Shown piece by piece: positions 12,472-23,984 of a stretch of DNA of 64,000 bases. The notes under the pieces were generated by a model. The model was not told the origin of the DNA and ran no database searches. It saw nothing but the letters and a program-made list of their open reading frames with translations. The translations under genes and the position numbers were made by a program. Within the stretch, counting starts at the first letter, position 1. Each line of letters begins with the position of its first letter. Source of the stretch: Mobula hypostoma (taxonomy: Eukaryota); assembly GCF_963921235.1 (NCBI RefSeq), contig NC_086097.1:70310001-70374000 (forward strand). The letters are read 5' to 3'.

Positions 12472-14664
12472 GCACCTCTCCTAGAGATGCTGCCTGCCCT
12501 GCTGCGTTCACCAGCAACTTTTATGTGTGTTGCTTGAATTTCCAGCATCTGCAGAATTCCTGTTGTGTACGGATTTATAAAAGCGGTTTTGAACCCTGGG
12601 AATGTCATTAGGTGTAAGATGTATTTTCTGTAACAGCACGATATCTATTTTCTTTCTGCGTAAGAAATCTAAAACCTTTGAACCCTTGTAGGGAGAGTTT
12701 AATCCTCTAACATTAAATGATACAATAGTAAAATTTTCTAATTTATCTGTGTTGCTCATCTTCCCCTGGATCTGTTGTTGTAAGTTGGTGGTGGAGCCCT
12801 GAGTTACCCACTTCCCACCCCCCTCCCATCACTCCTTGCTTTGTAACATCTGTGAGTGTTACTTAGCAATGTCAGACACTGAACATTGACATTAACTGCC
12901 CCCCTCTAGCACCAACAAATTAGAAAGGCAAAGCAGTTCTCATAGACAATCATATCAAAGAGACAAGAAAAAAGAAACCTGGACAAACTCCTTAACCTAT
13001 ATAATTAAAACCATTTCCGTCTCAAATACAGTGTAAAACAATCAAGATCCCAACAGCTATCTTGCAAGAAACTGTAGCTTTAATAGACTGGCGCTTAGCG
13101 ATGGCGCCAGTGACGTCTTATCTGGTGCCCAGGAACATAAACAAGTCTACTGGAGACATAACGTTCTAAAGTTATTCAGAACAACCTGCTGTTTTTCAGC
13201 TTCATTCTTGATGAAGTATTACATTTGGGTATATTGAATATCACCTTAAAACTCTGACCTGCAATACTCAGAAACAAATTGGACCCTTAATTAACTGAAT
13301 ACAAAAGTGCAACGATTGACTTTCCAATAAAAGAATAACCAGAAAACTTCACACCCAGGACGTTAACTTGTCCATGCCTGTTAGATTGCACATACAGGCT
13401 GGTCCGAGCCTGTTAATGCAGTTCCATCTCCTCCCGAGGGATGAGTGGACTTTACCCAGGGTCTTCTACCTTATCTCCCAGCACCAATGACTTCAGAGCT
13501 TCTTTCGCTTCCTCTGCCGAGTTAAACGACATCTTCATGCCCTTGATATTTACTCTCAAAATCGCTGGATAGGGGTAGATCCCCTTCTGTTGAAGCTTAG
13601 CACGAATCTCCTTGCATCCCTGCCGTTCTTGCATCGTGCTGGGGCTGTAGTCGGCTAAGAACTGCAGCTGGGTGCCATCAGGGAGAGTAGGTTTGGCTTT
13701 CCTCGTGCCCCCCAGGATAGCCTGCCAGTCGGTGTACCATAGAAGCCTAAAATCTATGGTCTGCGGTCTTGAGGTGTTGTTGGAAAAGATCCTATGTGCT
13801 CTATCGATCTCCAATGGAGTGCTGTGGGAATTCTTGAGCGCTGGAATCCAATTAGGCAGCATCTTCTGGAGGTAACCTCTTGGATCATTGCCCTCAGCAC
13901 CTGTCAGTAAGTTGACCAGCCGCACATTGTTTCTCCTGGATCTGTCCTCCAAGTCGTTTAGCTTCTTCCATATCTTAGTCACCTCCGCAAGACAGGAGTT
14001 AGTAACTTTCTCATTCTTGCGTAAACAAACCTGAACATTGTCTATTTTGTTGAAGACCGTGCTAAATTTTTTTTTAGCATGGATGTCCGCTTGCTCCTTT
14101 AACGACTGGAGAATGTTGCCATTCTCTGCCATATGCTTCTGTACGGGGTCGAGAGCCTTTTCCAGCGACTCCTTAGCATGTGGGCTACCGTTTTTTGCAG
14201 CGATTCCATCTCCGTTGCCATTGTTTGCTTAATTAGCATAGCTATTTCCTCGGATGAATTGCTAGCTTGGTGTTGTCTGCTAGTATCTTGTTTCCTGGTT
14301 GAATTTGGATCTTTTTTTGAAGTCATGTCTTTAGATAGACCTTTCTCCAACTCAACCTTGTATTAAGACCGTCTATGAGCCCTAAAGAACTTGAAAAAGA
14401 AAGGTTATATGTCAGCGCTCAGTGCTGTGCTGCCATCTTGCCTCATGCCTCACCAGAAGTCCCTAAAAAAAATCTTATGTTTAAAAATCTTACTGTTTCT
14501 ACAGATTATACAGCAATTGACTTGCATATATTTGACAATACCATTTCATCTGAAGATCCACAATCAAAGAAACCAGATAATTCAGTTACAATCTGAGTGG
14601 CTGATGAAATAAAATCAACATTTCTGTTCAAAGGCTTTTATTGTATTTACATAAATGTTTGGTA

Positions 14665-14960
14665 CTGCACAGTAGCTAGTAGAATAGGCACGTTAAAGCT
14701 CCAGCAATCCAGGTTCATCCCTAGCCTCCAGTGCTGTTTGTATACAGAGTATGCACATGTTTTTCATTTTCTTGTGGGTTTCCTCCGAGGCTTCCAGTTG
14801 ACACCCACATACAAAAAAAAAAGAGGATTGGTGGGTTATTGCCACTGAAAATTGTCTACAAGTGTATGAACTGTTAGAGTAAAATGGGATTAGCATAAAA
14901 GTAGTGCAGGTAAGGAACTGATCTTCAATGCAGACTTGGTGAAACTCAGGGCTGCTTTTG
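14665..14960 (+). mobile_element. tRNA-derived V-SINE-like element, decayed
   Basis: tRNA-like head (gcacagtagctagt...ccaggttcatccc) plus a V-domain-like gtgggtttcctccgaggcttccagtt. Confidence 0.55.
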
Positions 14961-15000
14961 GGCTGCGTGACTCAGAGTATTGTATTAATAGTGAGAACAC

Positions 15001-16497
15001 GTGAGAAGACAGCTGAAACGCCTCAACCCAAGCAAGGCTGCAGGACCGGATGGTGTCAGTACCAGGGTGCTCAAAGCCTGTGCCCCTCAGCTATGTGGAG
15101 TACTTCGCCATGTCTTCAACCTCAGCCTGAGGCTCTGGAGGGTTCCTGTGCTGTGGAAGACGTCCTGCCTCGTCCCTGTGCCGAGGACGCCGCGCCCCAG
15201 CGGCCTCAATGACTACAGACCGGTGGCATTGACCTCCCATATCATGAAGACTCTGGAGAGACTTGTTCTGGAGCTGCTCCGACCTATGGTCAGGCCACAC
15301 TTAGATCCCCTCCAGTTCGCCTACCAGCCCCAACTAGGAGTTGAGGATGCCATCGTCTACCTGCTGAACCGTGTCTGTGCCCACCTGGACAAGCCAGCGA
15401 GCACTGTGACGGTCATGTTTTTTGACTTCTCCAGTGCGTTCAACACCATCCGCCCTGCTCTGCTGGGGGAGAAGCTGACAGCGATGCAGGTGGATGCTTT
15501 CCTGGTGTCATGGATTCTTGATTACCTGCTTGCAACACTGTGTGTCCGACAGAGTGATCAGCAGCACTGGGGCTCCACAGGGGACTGTCTTGTCTCCCTT
15601 TCTCTTCACCATTTACACCTCGGACTTCAACTACTGCACAGAGTCTTGCCATCTTCAGAAGTTTTCTGATGACTCTGCCATAGTTGGATGCATCAGCAAG
15701 GGAGATGAGGCTGAGTACAGGGCTACAGTAGAAAACTTTGTCACATGGTGTGAGCAGAATTATCTGCAGCATAATGTGAAAAAGACTAAGGAGCTGGTGG
15801 TAGACCTGAGGAGAGCTAAGGTACTGGTGACCACTGTTTCCATCCAGGGGGTCAGGGTGGACATGGTGGAGGATTACAAATACCTGGGGATACGAATTGA
15901 CAATAAACTGGACTGGTCAAAGAACATTGAGGCTGTCTATAAGAAGGGTCAGAGCCGTCTCTATTTCCTGAGGAGACTTGACGTCCTTTAACATCTGCCA
16001 GACGATGCTGAGGATGTTCTACGAGTCTGTGGTGGCCAGTGCGATCATGATTGCTGTTGTGTGCTGGGGCAGCAGACACCAACAGAATCAACAAACTCAT
16101 TCGTAAGGCCAGTGATGTTGTGGGGATGGAACTGGACTCTCTCACGGTGGTGTCTGAAAAGAGGATGCTGTCCAAGTTGCATGCCATCTTGGACAATGTC
16201 TCCCATCCACTACATAATGTACTGGTTGGGCACAGCACTACATTCAGCCAGAGACTCATTCCACCGAGATGCAACACAGAGCGCCATAGGAAATCATTCC
16301 TGCCTGTGGCCATCAAACTTTACAACTCCTCCCTTGGAGGGTCAGACACCCTGAGCCAATAGGCTGGTCCTGGACTTATTTCCTGGCATAATTTACATAT
16401 TATTATTTAACTATTTATGGTGTTATTACTATTTATTTATGGTGCAATTGTAACGAAAACCAATTTCCCCCGGGATCAATAAAGTATGACTATGACT
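15001..16497 (+). mobile_element. Rex1/Babar-type LINE, 5'-truncated
   Basis: KAAGPDG, DYRPVALTSHIMK, LDPLQFAY, DFSSAFNTI, GAPQGTVLSP, KFSDD. 3' end AATAAA followed by (TATGAC)2. Confidence 0.92.
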
Positions 16498-16659
16498 AAT
16501 CACAGAAATAGTGAATGAGGCATGCAAAATTATCTTCTTTCAATATTGGGCCAAATGTCCGGTTCCAAAAGAATAACCGGAGAATGGATCACTTTTCATA
16601 ATAGAAAAAAAACTAGGCACCCCAATAAAAATAATCAAGGAATAATAGGAAAGGACCTT

Positions 16660-16850
16660 CCACCATCCTCCTCCTCCTTTCCATCCTCCACCTATTTATT
16701 TTGGCATCTTCCCCCTTCCCTTCAGTTCTGAAGAAGGGCCTTTGGCCCACAACACTGATTCATTTCCACGGATGCTGCCTTACCTGCTGAGTTCCTCCAG
16801 CATTTTTGTATGTTATTGAAAATTTCCAGCAGATTTTCTTGTGTTTACAA
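16660..16850 (+). mobile_element. Decayed Penelope pLTR fragment with degenerate hammerhead motif
   Basis: cagttCTGAAGAagggcctttggcccACAAC...gatgctgcc..acctgctgagttcctccagcatttt. Confidence 0.6.
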
Positions 16851-19572
16851 TTGGAAAGGAACTACTTAGAACATCACTAAACACCAAACATATCAATGAC
16901 CTGTCATAAAATTCTCTGGATCAGATAGATATCCAGCATCATAGAGTCTTCTTGGAAACAGCTGGAGACAGTGGATGCATTGTTGTAATCAATTAAAAAT
17001 TCTCTCTATTCCGGGCATGATTGAAAAGCTATAAATGCAAGGCCATAATATAAGGAAGAAAGGGGATGCAAAGCCTGAAAGTTCAAGCCAGCTACCTTGA
17101 CACCTGTCATTGGGAATATACTGAATTCACTGAGGTGGGAATGAGGCCATTTAGAAATTAAAAAGATGATCAAAGTCAATATTGTTTCGAGAGGGGAATA
17201 GTGTTCCACAAATCTGCTCACATTCCTTCAGAATGTATTAAACAGTGCAGGAAGGAAAACCAATGTTTTAATTTTTAGAAGGCATTTGATAAGGGACCAC
17301 ATAAAAGATTATTTTAGAAGGTTAGGGAACCAACTACATAAAAATTCTGAGCAACTGGAGTGATTCTCCTAACAGAAAGGAAGCTTAAGGATAGCAAGAG
17401 ATGTTCAAAAATCACGTAGAAATAATGGGAAAAACTGTTTCTAATGACAGAAAAATCTCAATCTTTAATAAAGCTCCAATAATTCATGATTATTCCAGTG
17501 AACATAAAAACAAGGGATTTTTTTTGGACATGGCAAACTTTGAAGATAAATGTTTTAAATGCTTTAAACATAACCATCCACATTGTGAAGATGTACATTC
17601 ATATTCTACCAGAACTGTGGGTGTAGTTACATCTACCAATTCTATCGTGGATAGACATTTCTGCCACAGGATGAAATCAAGATGGCTGTGCTGGTTTCCA
17701 CACTACCTGCTAAAGACCCAGTCTGGCAACTACTGTATATCCTTCAGTCAGCACTGTTATAACCAACCCATTCCCATTGGGAGTACATTCTGTAGCCTTG
17801 CTATAATTTAATTGGCCAAAGGAGGACAACGGATGGTAATCCAGAGGAAGTTTTGCCTTGATTCTCTAAGAATGGAATCAAAGGACTCCACATCTGTACA
17901 CCATTCATTGCTTTTGGTGGGTCCTATTTGCTAAAAGGATAGAATAAACCAGAATTATTATAGAAAAGTCTGTTGTATTGTCTGCAAAGCAAGTTTCTGT
18001 GACTACAACGAGATCAGGCTATGAGACAGACGTTAATCCTAGATATTTGATAAGGTTAGCTGGATGGCGAAAAACTCAAATCCAGTTTTTAGGATTAATG
18101 CCAAGTAGTCCACCTGGTTTTATTCATGTTCTGTGAGTTGAGTAATGGTACGAGCCAGTTAAGAGTCAATCACATGGGGCACCTAAAGTCTAAACCAGGT
18201 AAGGATGGCAGATTGCATCCTAATTCTGAATTCAAATTCCACAGTTGGTTTGGTGGCATTTCAATCAAGAGTTCTGGATTGTTATTCAGTCCAAACATAC
18301 GGTTTCCTATTCCAGTAACTGCAGCACTGATCAAGTGGCAAAGTCCTAAAATCAGAACTGGCAGCCACCATCTTAGCCCAGACTCTTACCTAAAGGAATG
18401 TGGCTTATTGTGGACTAGATTTTGGAGTCAGCTGACACAGAAAAGCACCCTCATGTCTTTGATATCCCAGGACAATTTGTACTGGGAATGGAGTGAAAAA
18501 TAAAATCCTTGCAAGTCTCATCACATGAACTTAATCAATTCCCACAATTTTTGTTTCGATAATTGCAGGAAGTTGGAACTAGAGGGGCCAATGTGATTGA
18601 GCTGAACAAAGTATGAGGGGTACTGGAGCAGTAAAGTACATTTGCTGTAATAATCGCTGGTGTACACACTAGCTCTATAGTCACTGATACCTTTTACATC
18701 CTCAGGGGTTCACTACAAGAGTTGCCTCAATTTGGAGCAATTCACAAATAACAACCAGATTTCAAGTGGCACAATCATAAAGCCTGTTCCCAGACCACTG
18801 ACGGCCAATTGTACTATTAAAGACCTATAAAGACCCTTTCTACCCTCTCAAGATATCCCTGATGAGATCAAATCTATGTCCCATTCTGCACTTCAAAGGC
18901 TTGTACACATTGTAGGCAGCCAACAGTTCTTCATGGAACTGACAGATGGCCACCAATGTGATCTGGCCCATTAGATGCTCATGGAAAATCCAAACTTGAA
19001 ATACTTGTTTTTCCTAGTACCCAATTGTTATGCTGCTTTACCCACTGCTTTAAACAGGTAACACAACTGCCTCTCAGCTCCAGTAGTGCAGGATCAATGC
19101 TGACCTTGGGTGCTGTGTAGACATTTGCATGTTTTTCTTGAGAGTGCAAGGATACTTCGATTTCATCCCAAAGTGCTGGTTGCTAGCTAAGTCACTACCA
19201 GAATAGGGGTTGTTATCAGGCATGCAAGACAGAATATATTATAGTGAACAGAATAGATTACATGGGATTCCTGGCAGCTGGTAGTCTTGATACCGAAAGC
19301 CTCCCATGTCATATGCTGTTGTAGAAAAAAAGAATGTTTCCTACCTGTCCTAATGTAGTAAACTCACGCTGGAAGAATATAATTGATGCCATTCATATGT
19401 TGGTAACTTGCTTAAATATGCATTTTATTACACTAATTTGAAGCACAGCAAAGCATAGAATAGCGGACACCAGTCAGCCTGATCCAGTCCTCCTTTCATT
19501 GGACACTTTCTGGCAAAGCATACAACTGAGCATCATAACAGATTCTCTTGGCAAGTGTTTTTAAAGTAAATA

Positions 19573-19726
19573 CAGGTCAACCTTCACTAATCCGACTACC
19601 TGTAATCCGGTTCCTTCGATAATCTGGCACTGATTATGCTTAATGTGATCCTTCTGTAATTCGGAATTTTCACTAATCCGGCACTCCTCAGTTCCCAATG
19701 GTGCTGAATTAGTGAAGGTCGGCCTG
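19573..19726. mobile_element. Tc1-mariner (Tigger/pogo-like) MITE, 154 bp
   Basis: TA|CAGGTCAACCTTCACTAAT...ATTAGTGAAGGTCGGCCTG|TA, giving terminal inverted repeats and a TA duplication. Confidence 0.9.
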
Positions 19727-19914
19727 TAGTAGGATAACAATTCATCTCACTCATTCAAGGCTAACAATCAAACATAGGATGTTTTGGCCTAAATTTTCAA
19801 CTTCAAAAATACTTTTTAGAAACAAAATCCCCTAGGAGTATAATAACCATTTAAGTTCAGTTAATTCATTATACTGAAAATAGGAAAATAAATTAAAAGG
19901 TGGCTTAAACCTAC

Positions 19915-20009
19915 TAAGCAGTAGTAATGCACAGTTATCCCACCATCACAGGTCTTCTTCTCGCCATACTTTTCTGGGCAGTCATCATTCCGTCGACAAA
20001 ATGCACAGG
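19915..20009 (-). CDS. G2E3: G2E3 exon, start of extended PHD ([31 protein letters not shown])
   Basis: Bounded by tttttgtag| and |gtaggt. The translation matches the G2E3 motif CxFC..DDCP.KYGEKK...TVHYYCL. Confidence 0.93.
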
Positions 20010-21599
20010 CTACAAAAAAATAAATCCTCAATTATCTGAGTTAAAACAGTGTAAATTAATGATTGAAAATGTTTCAAATGAAAAGAACAAATCTGCGTCA
20101 GAAAAATCACTTTGGAAGATTTTCACTATTCCGGCTTTATTTTTCTAGCTAACTTTTTCCAAGCAGCAATTCAATTTCAATGAGGAGAGTTTATGGAATA
20201 AAACTGAAGAATTTCTTTTTTTGGAGGTTCAAGAATCTTTTTAATACTCTATCCACAGTTGTTGTTGAGACTCAACCATTGAATATATTAAAGGACAAAA
20301 GGCAGATTGTTGCTTTACAGAAGTTTAAAGTTATGGGGAATAGGTAGGAAAATGAAAATGAAGTGCAGATCAGGTAAGAGCCAACACAGGGGGTCATATG
20401 ACTACTGCTACTTATGGCTTATTCCAGCATCTGCATTATTTTACTTCCTTATGCTGGGTTAGACAAGCTTGTGATACTTATCACATTCAAATATTTTCAC
20501 AGCATTTACAACAAACAATATAGAAATGATCTAATCAATGAGGAAGTAAAGATACAGGTGAATCTGAACAGTACTTTAGTTTCTTGCCACTGGTTCAAAG
20601 CAATAACAATACAACTTTTCTCAAACAATCCCAAAGAGAAAACAGATGAGAAAATAACTGAAATAGTCCAAATGAAAATTGCAAATGAAATTGCACATAT
20701 GCATTTCTCAAACAAGAGTCAACAACCCTTCAAATTTAGTGGCATTACTAACATCTGTTTCAATATCATAAATTCGTGATCATCACTTCCAAAATTACAA
20801 CTGAACCTATCAATAAATACCATCCCTAGAAATTCAGCTCATGGGCTGAAAACAGTTCAGTGAATCACTTCTGGCCGAAGACTTTCCACTATCTAGAAGG
20901 AACAAGTCCAGAGCGCGAGGAGATGCTCTCCACTTGACAAAGATGAAAGCAGCTCTAAATGCATGTAAATAGGAAGAGCATAGATTGGCATCTTGGTCAG
21001 CGTGGACAATTTGGGACAAAAGGCTGTTAGCATGCTGAATAACTCTTATGAATTGCTTTGAATTATCAAGTTACCAGTTACTAAACTCATAGGCCTCAAT
21101 TTTGCTAATCAACATTTGAGACATATGAATTAGCAGAAACTGTATTCTTAGCCTTTCAAGCCGACTCCATAATTCAGTAAGATCACAAGCTGACCCAACA
21201 GAAATCTTAACTCTACATTCCTCTATTTACACAAACCTTTCATAAAAAATCTCTGCCTTAATAATCAAACACTATAATTCCACAGTACCTTAGAGAAGAG
21301 CTCCAAGTCTCAAAATTCCAAAAGGATTGCTTGCTTCACCCATGTTTCAAATAAGTAGCCTCTAACTCTCTCTCCATGTTGCCCATGTCAAAACCACTCA
21401 AGTTTATATGTTTCAACAAAATCCCTTTGTACTCTTCTAAACTCCAGTAGATACAACCCCCAGCCTAATCAAACTTCCTTCGTAAGAATACTCCAGGTTT
21501 TTGGCTAGTAAGTCTCCAGTAAACACCTTCCAGAATATTAGTGTTCTTTCTTAAATACTGTACTGTCCTATAAATATAATTTCACTGATGTTCTATATA

Positions 21600-22405
21600 C
21601 AGCGGATTCCAGTCAACTGGGAAACATCAGGACCTGTACATTTTGAACCAATTAAGCGGCTGTTCTAATTAGCCAAAGTTTCATGAAAATAGTTTTAAAA
21701 GTATTTTAAAAAATGAATAAATTATGTATTTAAATGAAATACAAAACAAATTAGAACACTTATCAATACTACCATAGTGCTATAAAACAGCGTCTTAGTT
21801 CCTAGTAGTTCTCGATGGAGAAATTCATCCAGTGTAACTGCCATGTTCTTTTGATTGACTGTAAGTGAACAAAATCAGTGCAATCACCTAGTGCAGATAA
21901 TGGACTGCCTTCATACAATCCTTTTGAAGATTACATCCTCCAAATCTTCACTTTCTTTGTAGCATTCAAGATGATTGTCAATGCCTACAAATTCAGTATA
22001 TTACTTAACTCGAAGTACTGAAATTTTCACTCTCAGCCGGTTCTGACATCTCCAAGACTGAATGCCTGAAACCTCAGTGAGCAAGACAGTTCTGAACTTT
22101 CTTACTACTTATTTCTCACGAACTATCAGTGACAAAAATCATAAATCACAAACACATGAAACTGACACTATTTAAAAACTACTCGCTCTAAGAATGTTGT
22201 CATGTCTAACTGCCTCAAAAGTGCCTGTGACTGGCGCAGGTTAAAAATCGCTCGGCAACAGTCTCCTGTCCTAATTAAGTGGCACAGTGTCCCAAATAAA
22301 TGAAGAGAACCCTGGCTATTTTCTTGATTAGATTTTGTTCTTTAGGAGTTGTCCCAAATATGTGGCTACCCTGATTAACTGATGGCCTAATTAACTGATC
22401 AACTG
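21600..22405. mobile_element. Tigger/pogo-like non-autonomous DNA transposon
   Basis: TA|CAGCGGATTCCAGTCAACTGGG...CCTAATTAACTGATCAACTG|TA, imperfect TIRs with subterminal CCAATTA repeats. Confidence 0.7.
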
Positions 22406-22491
22406 TAACTGAAAGATAACCCTCCAACTTTTGTATTAAATTCCACGAGTAATTCTCATCACATTTAATACATTTCCTAATACTTGCTATA

Positions 22492-23336
22492 CAGGTTTCC
22501 CCCACTATCTGAAAGTAGAGCATTCCTATGAAACCTTTCGTAAGCCGAAATGGCGTAAAGCGAAGAAGCAATTACCATTAACTTATATGGGAAAAATTTT
22601 TGAGCATTCCAAGACCCAAAAAATAACCTACCAAATCAAACCAAATAACACATAATACCTAAAATACCACTAACATGTAGTAGAAGCAGGAAGGATATGA
22701 TAAATACAAAGCCTTTATGAAGTAGAAATAACAGAGGCAAATTCAACGCATGCACAATGTCTTTATTTTGTTCACCACGATTGAAACACTTAATTACGTC
22801 TTGCTGCTTGGGGCGCTCCGCTCCGCTCGGGGCGCTGCGCTCAGCTCAGCTCCGCTCCGCTCGGGGCGCTGCACTCAGCTCCGCTCCGCTCGGGGTATGC
22901 GCTCAGCTCAGCTCCGCTCGGGGCGCTGCGCTCAGCTCAGCTCCGCTCGGGGCGCTGCGCTCAGCTCAGCTCCGCTCTGCTCTGCTCGGGGCGCTGCGCT
23001 CAGCTCCGCTCCGCTCGGGGCGCTCCACTCCGACCGGGGCGCTGCGCTCAGCTCCGCTCCGGGCGCTGCGCTCAGCTCCGCTCGGGGTGCTGTGCTCAGC
23101 TCCGCTCCGCTCGGGGCACTGCGCTCAGCTCCGCTCTGGCTGCTCGGGGTACGCGCTACCTCTATAATGGCTCACTGCAAAACAAACGCTGAACGCTATT
23201 TTCGCGTTTCGCCTTTTTTCATAAAAGCGAAAATTCTCTTCAGATTTCTTTCGGTTAGCGAAAACAGGTACTAATGTAGGTCTTTCGTAAAAGCGAAGTG
23301 GCGTAAAGCGAACTTTCATAAAGCGGGGGATACCTG
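22492..23336. mobile_element. Tigger-like MITE carrying a GC-rich minisatellite
   Basis: 25-bp TIRs CAGGT(T/A)TCCCCC(A/G)CT..TGAAAGT, with TA on both flanks. Confidence 0.85.
22809..23148. repeat. CpG-rich tandem repeat built from GCTCC/GCTCA/GGGGC/GCTGC pentamers (~25-30 bp higher-order unit)
   Basis: Repeated ggggcgctgcgctcagctccgctccgctc. Confidence 0.95.
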
Positions 23337-23777
23337 TATCTGCGTAATAGTCTTTTGGAAAGCAATCATCCAGGACACCCTATCCCTCTCAGATTTTGAA
23401 TTCCCCTATCATTTAGATTTTGTGCTTCATTTTTCATGCCAACATAAAAATACTCTCCAGAGTGTCCCACAGCATATTCTCACCGCCAGATCTTCGTTCA
23501 CTCACTTAACTCAGCTCTGCAGCACCCGAGGTCTGAAACTTAGTTTCCCACTCAGCTTTGTATCACCAGTAACTGAACCAATTTATCATATCTTAACCTG
23601 AATAGAAGATCATTGAAAATACATTTATGGAAAAACTCCTCCTCTATGAAGGCCACTTAAGAACCTCAAGGCTTAAAGATATTGCTCCAACTATTTGATG
23701 ATTTCCAATACTACCTATCAACTTTGAGATAGAAATAAAAAAATGAAGATAGTAGGTTCAATATCAGCAATACTCAC

Positions 23778-23854
23778 GAGGATTTTGTATCAGCTGCTGC
23801 TGCTGTTCTGCCTTTGTAACATAGTTAAATGTAGTTCTGGATTTAGAAATCTTC
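23778..23854 (-). CDS. G2E3: G2E3 putative coding exon 2 (KISKSRTTFNYVTKAEQQQQLIQNP)
   Basis: Acceptor ttttttttatctag| and donor |gtgagt. The 77-nt exon is open and joins exon 1 (phase 2) to the first PHD exon (phase 1). Confidence 0.65.
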
Positions 23855-23984
23855 CTAGATAAAAAAAAAAGATATAAATAATTATGAATCAACAAAATAA
23901 AGATTATACACCTACCTGAATAAAAACCTCTATGAAGAGAGGGACATAAAAAAGTGATAAAGTAGAATGACACAACCATGGCTA

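Larger units (their letters stand above)
11306..12568. mobile_element. Penelope-like element, two inverted 3' ends (GIY-YIG C-terminus plus pLTR), inserted in the L1 EN domain
   Basis: ORF 11713..12087 reads LLYIGET...RFAEHLRSV...PVATHFN...EQHLIFRLGSLQPDGMN (GIY-YIG). Inverted arms at 11306-11881 and 11973-12533. TSD acgg(g/a)tttataaa at 11293-11305 and 12569-12581. Confidence 0.92.
7616..14462 (-). mobile_element. Full-length L1-clade LINE (ORF1 plus EN-RT ORF2), frameshifted
   Basis: ORF1 at 13452-14350 has LEDRSRRNNVR...EIDRAHR. ORF2 starts at 12759 with SFNVRGLN, then LSDH, YRPISLIN, LDAEKAFD, TRQGDPLSP and a C-terminal C..C...H..WEC. A-rich tail near 7616. TSD ctaaaaaaaat(t/c)ttat at 7600-7615 and 14463-14478. 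Confidence 0.92.

Noticed and set aside
11252..12608. Several overlapping 65-153-aa ORFs on both strands
   Set aside because: By-products of the purine-rich Penelope pLTR and its inverted copy. Only the GIY-YIG fragment is real coding sequence.
22809..23148. Possible CRISPR-like array
   Set aside because: No unique spacers, no cas genes and a eukaryotic context. It is a simple tandem repeat.
22750..23274. 174-aa and 136-aa ORFs (SSARGAAL repeats)
   Set aside because: Translation of a stop-free GC-rich minisatellite inside a MITE, with no evidence of a gene.
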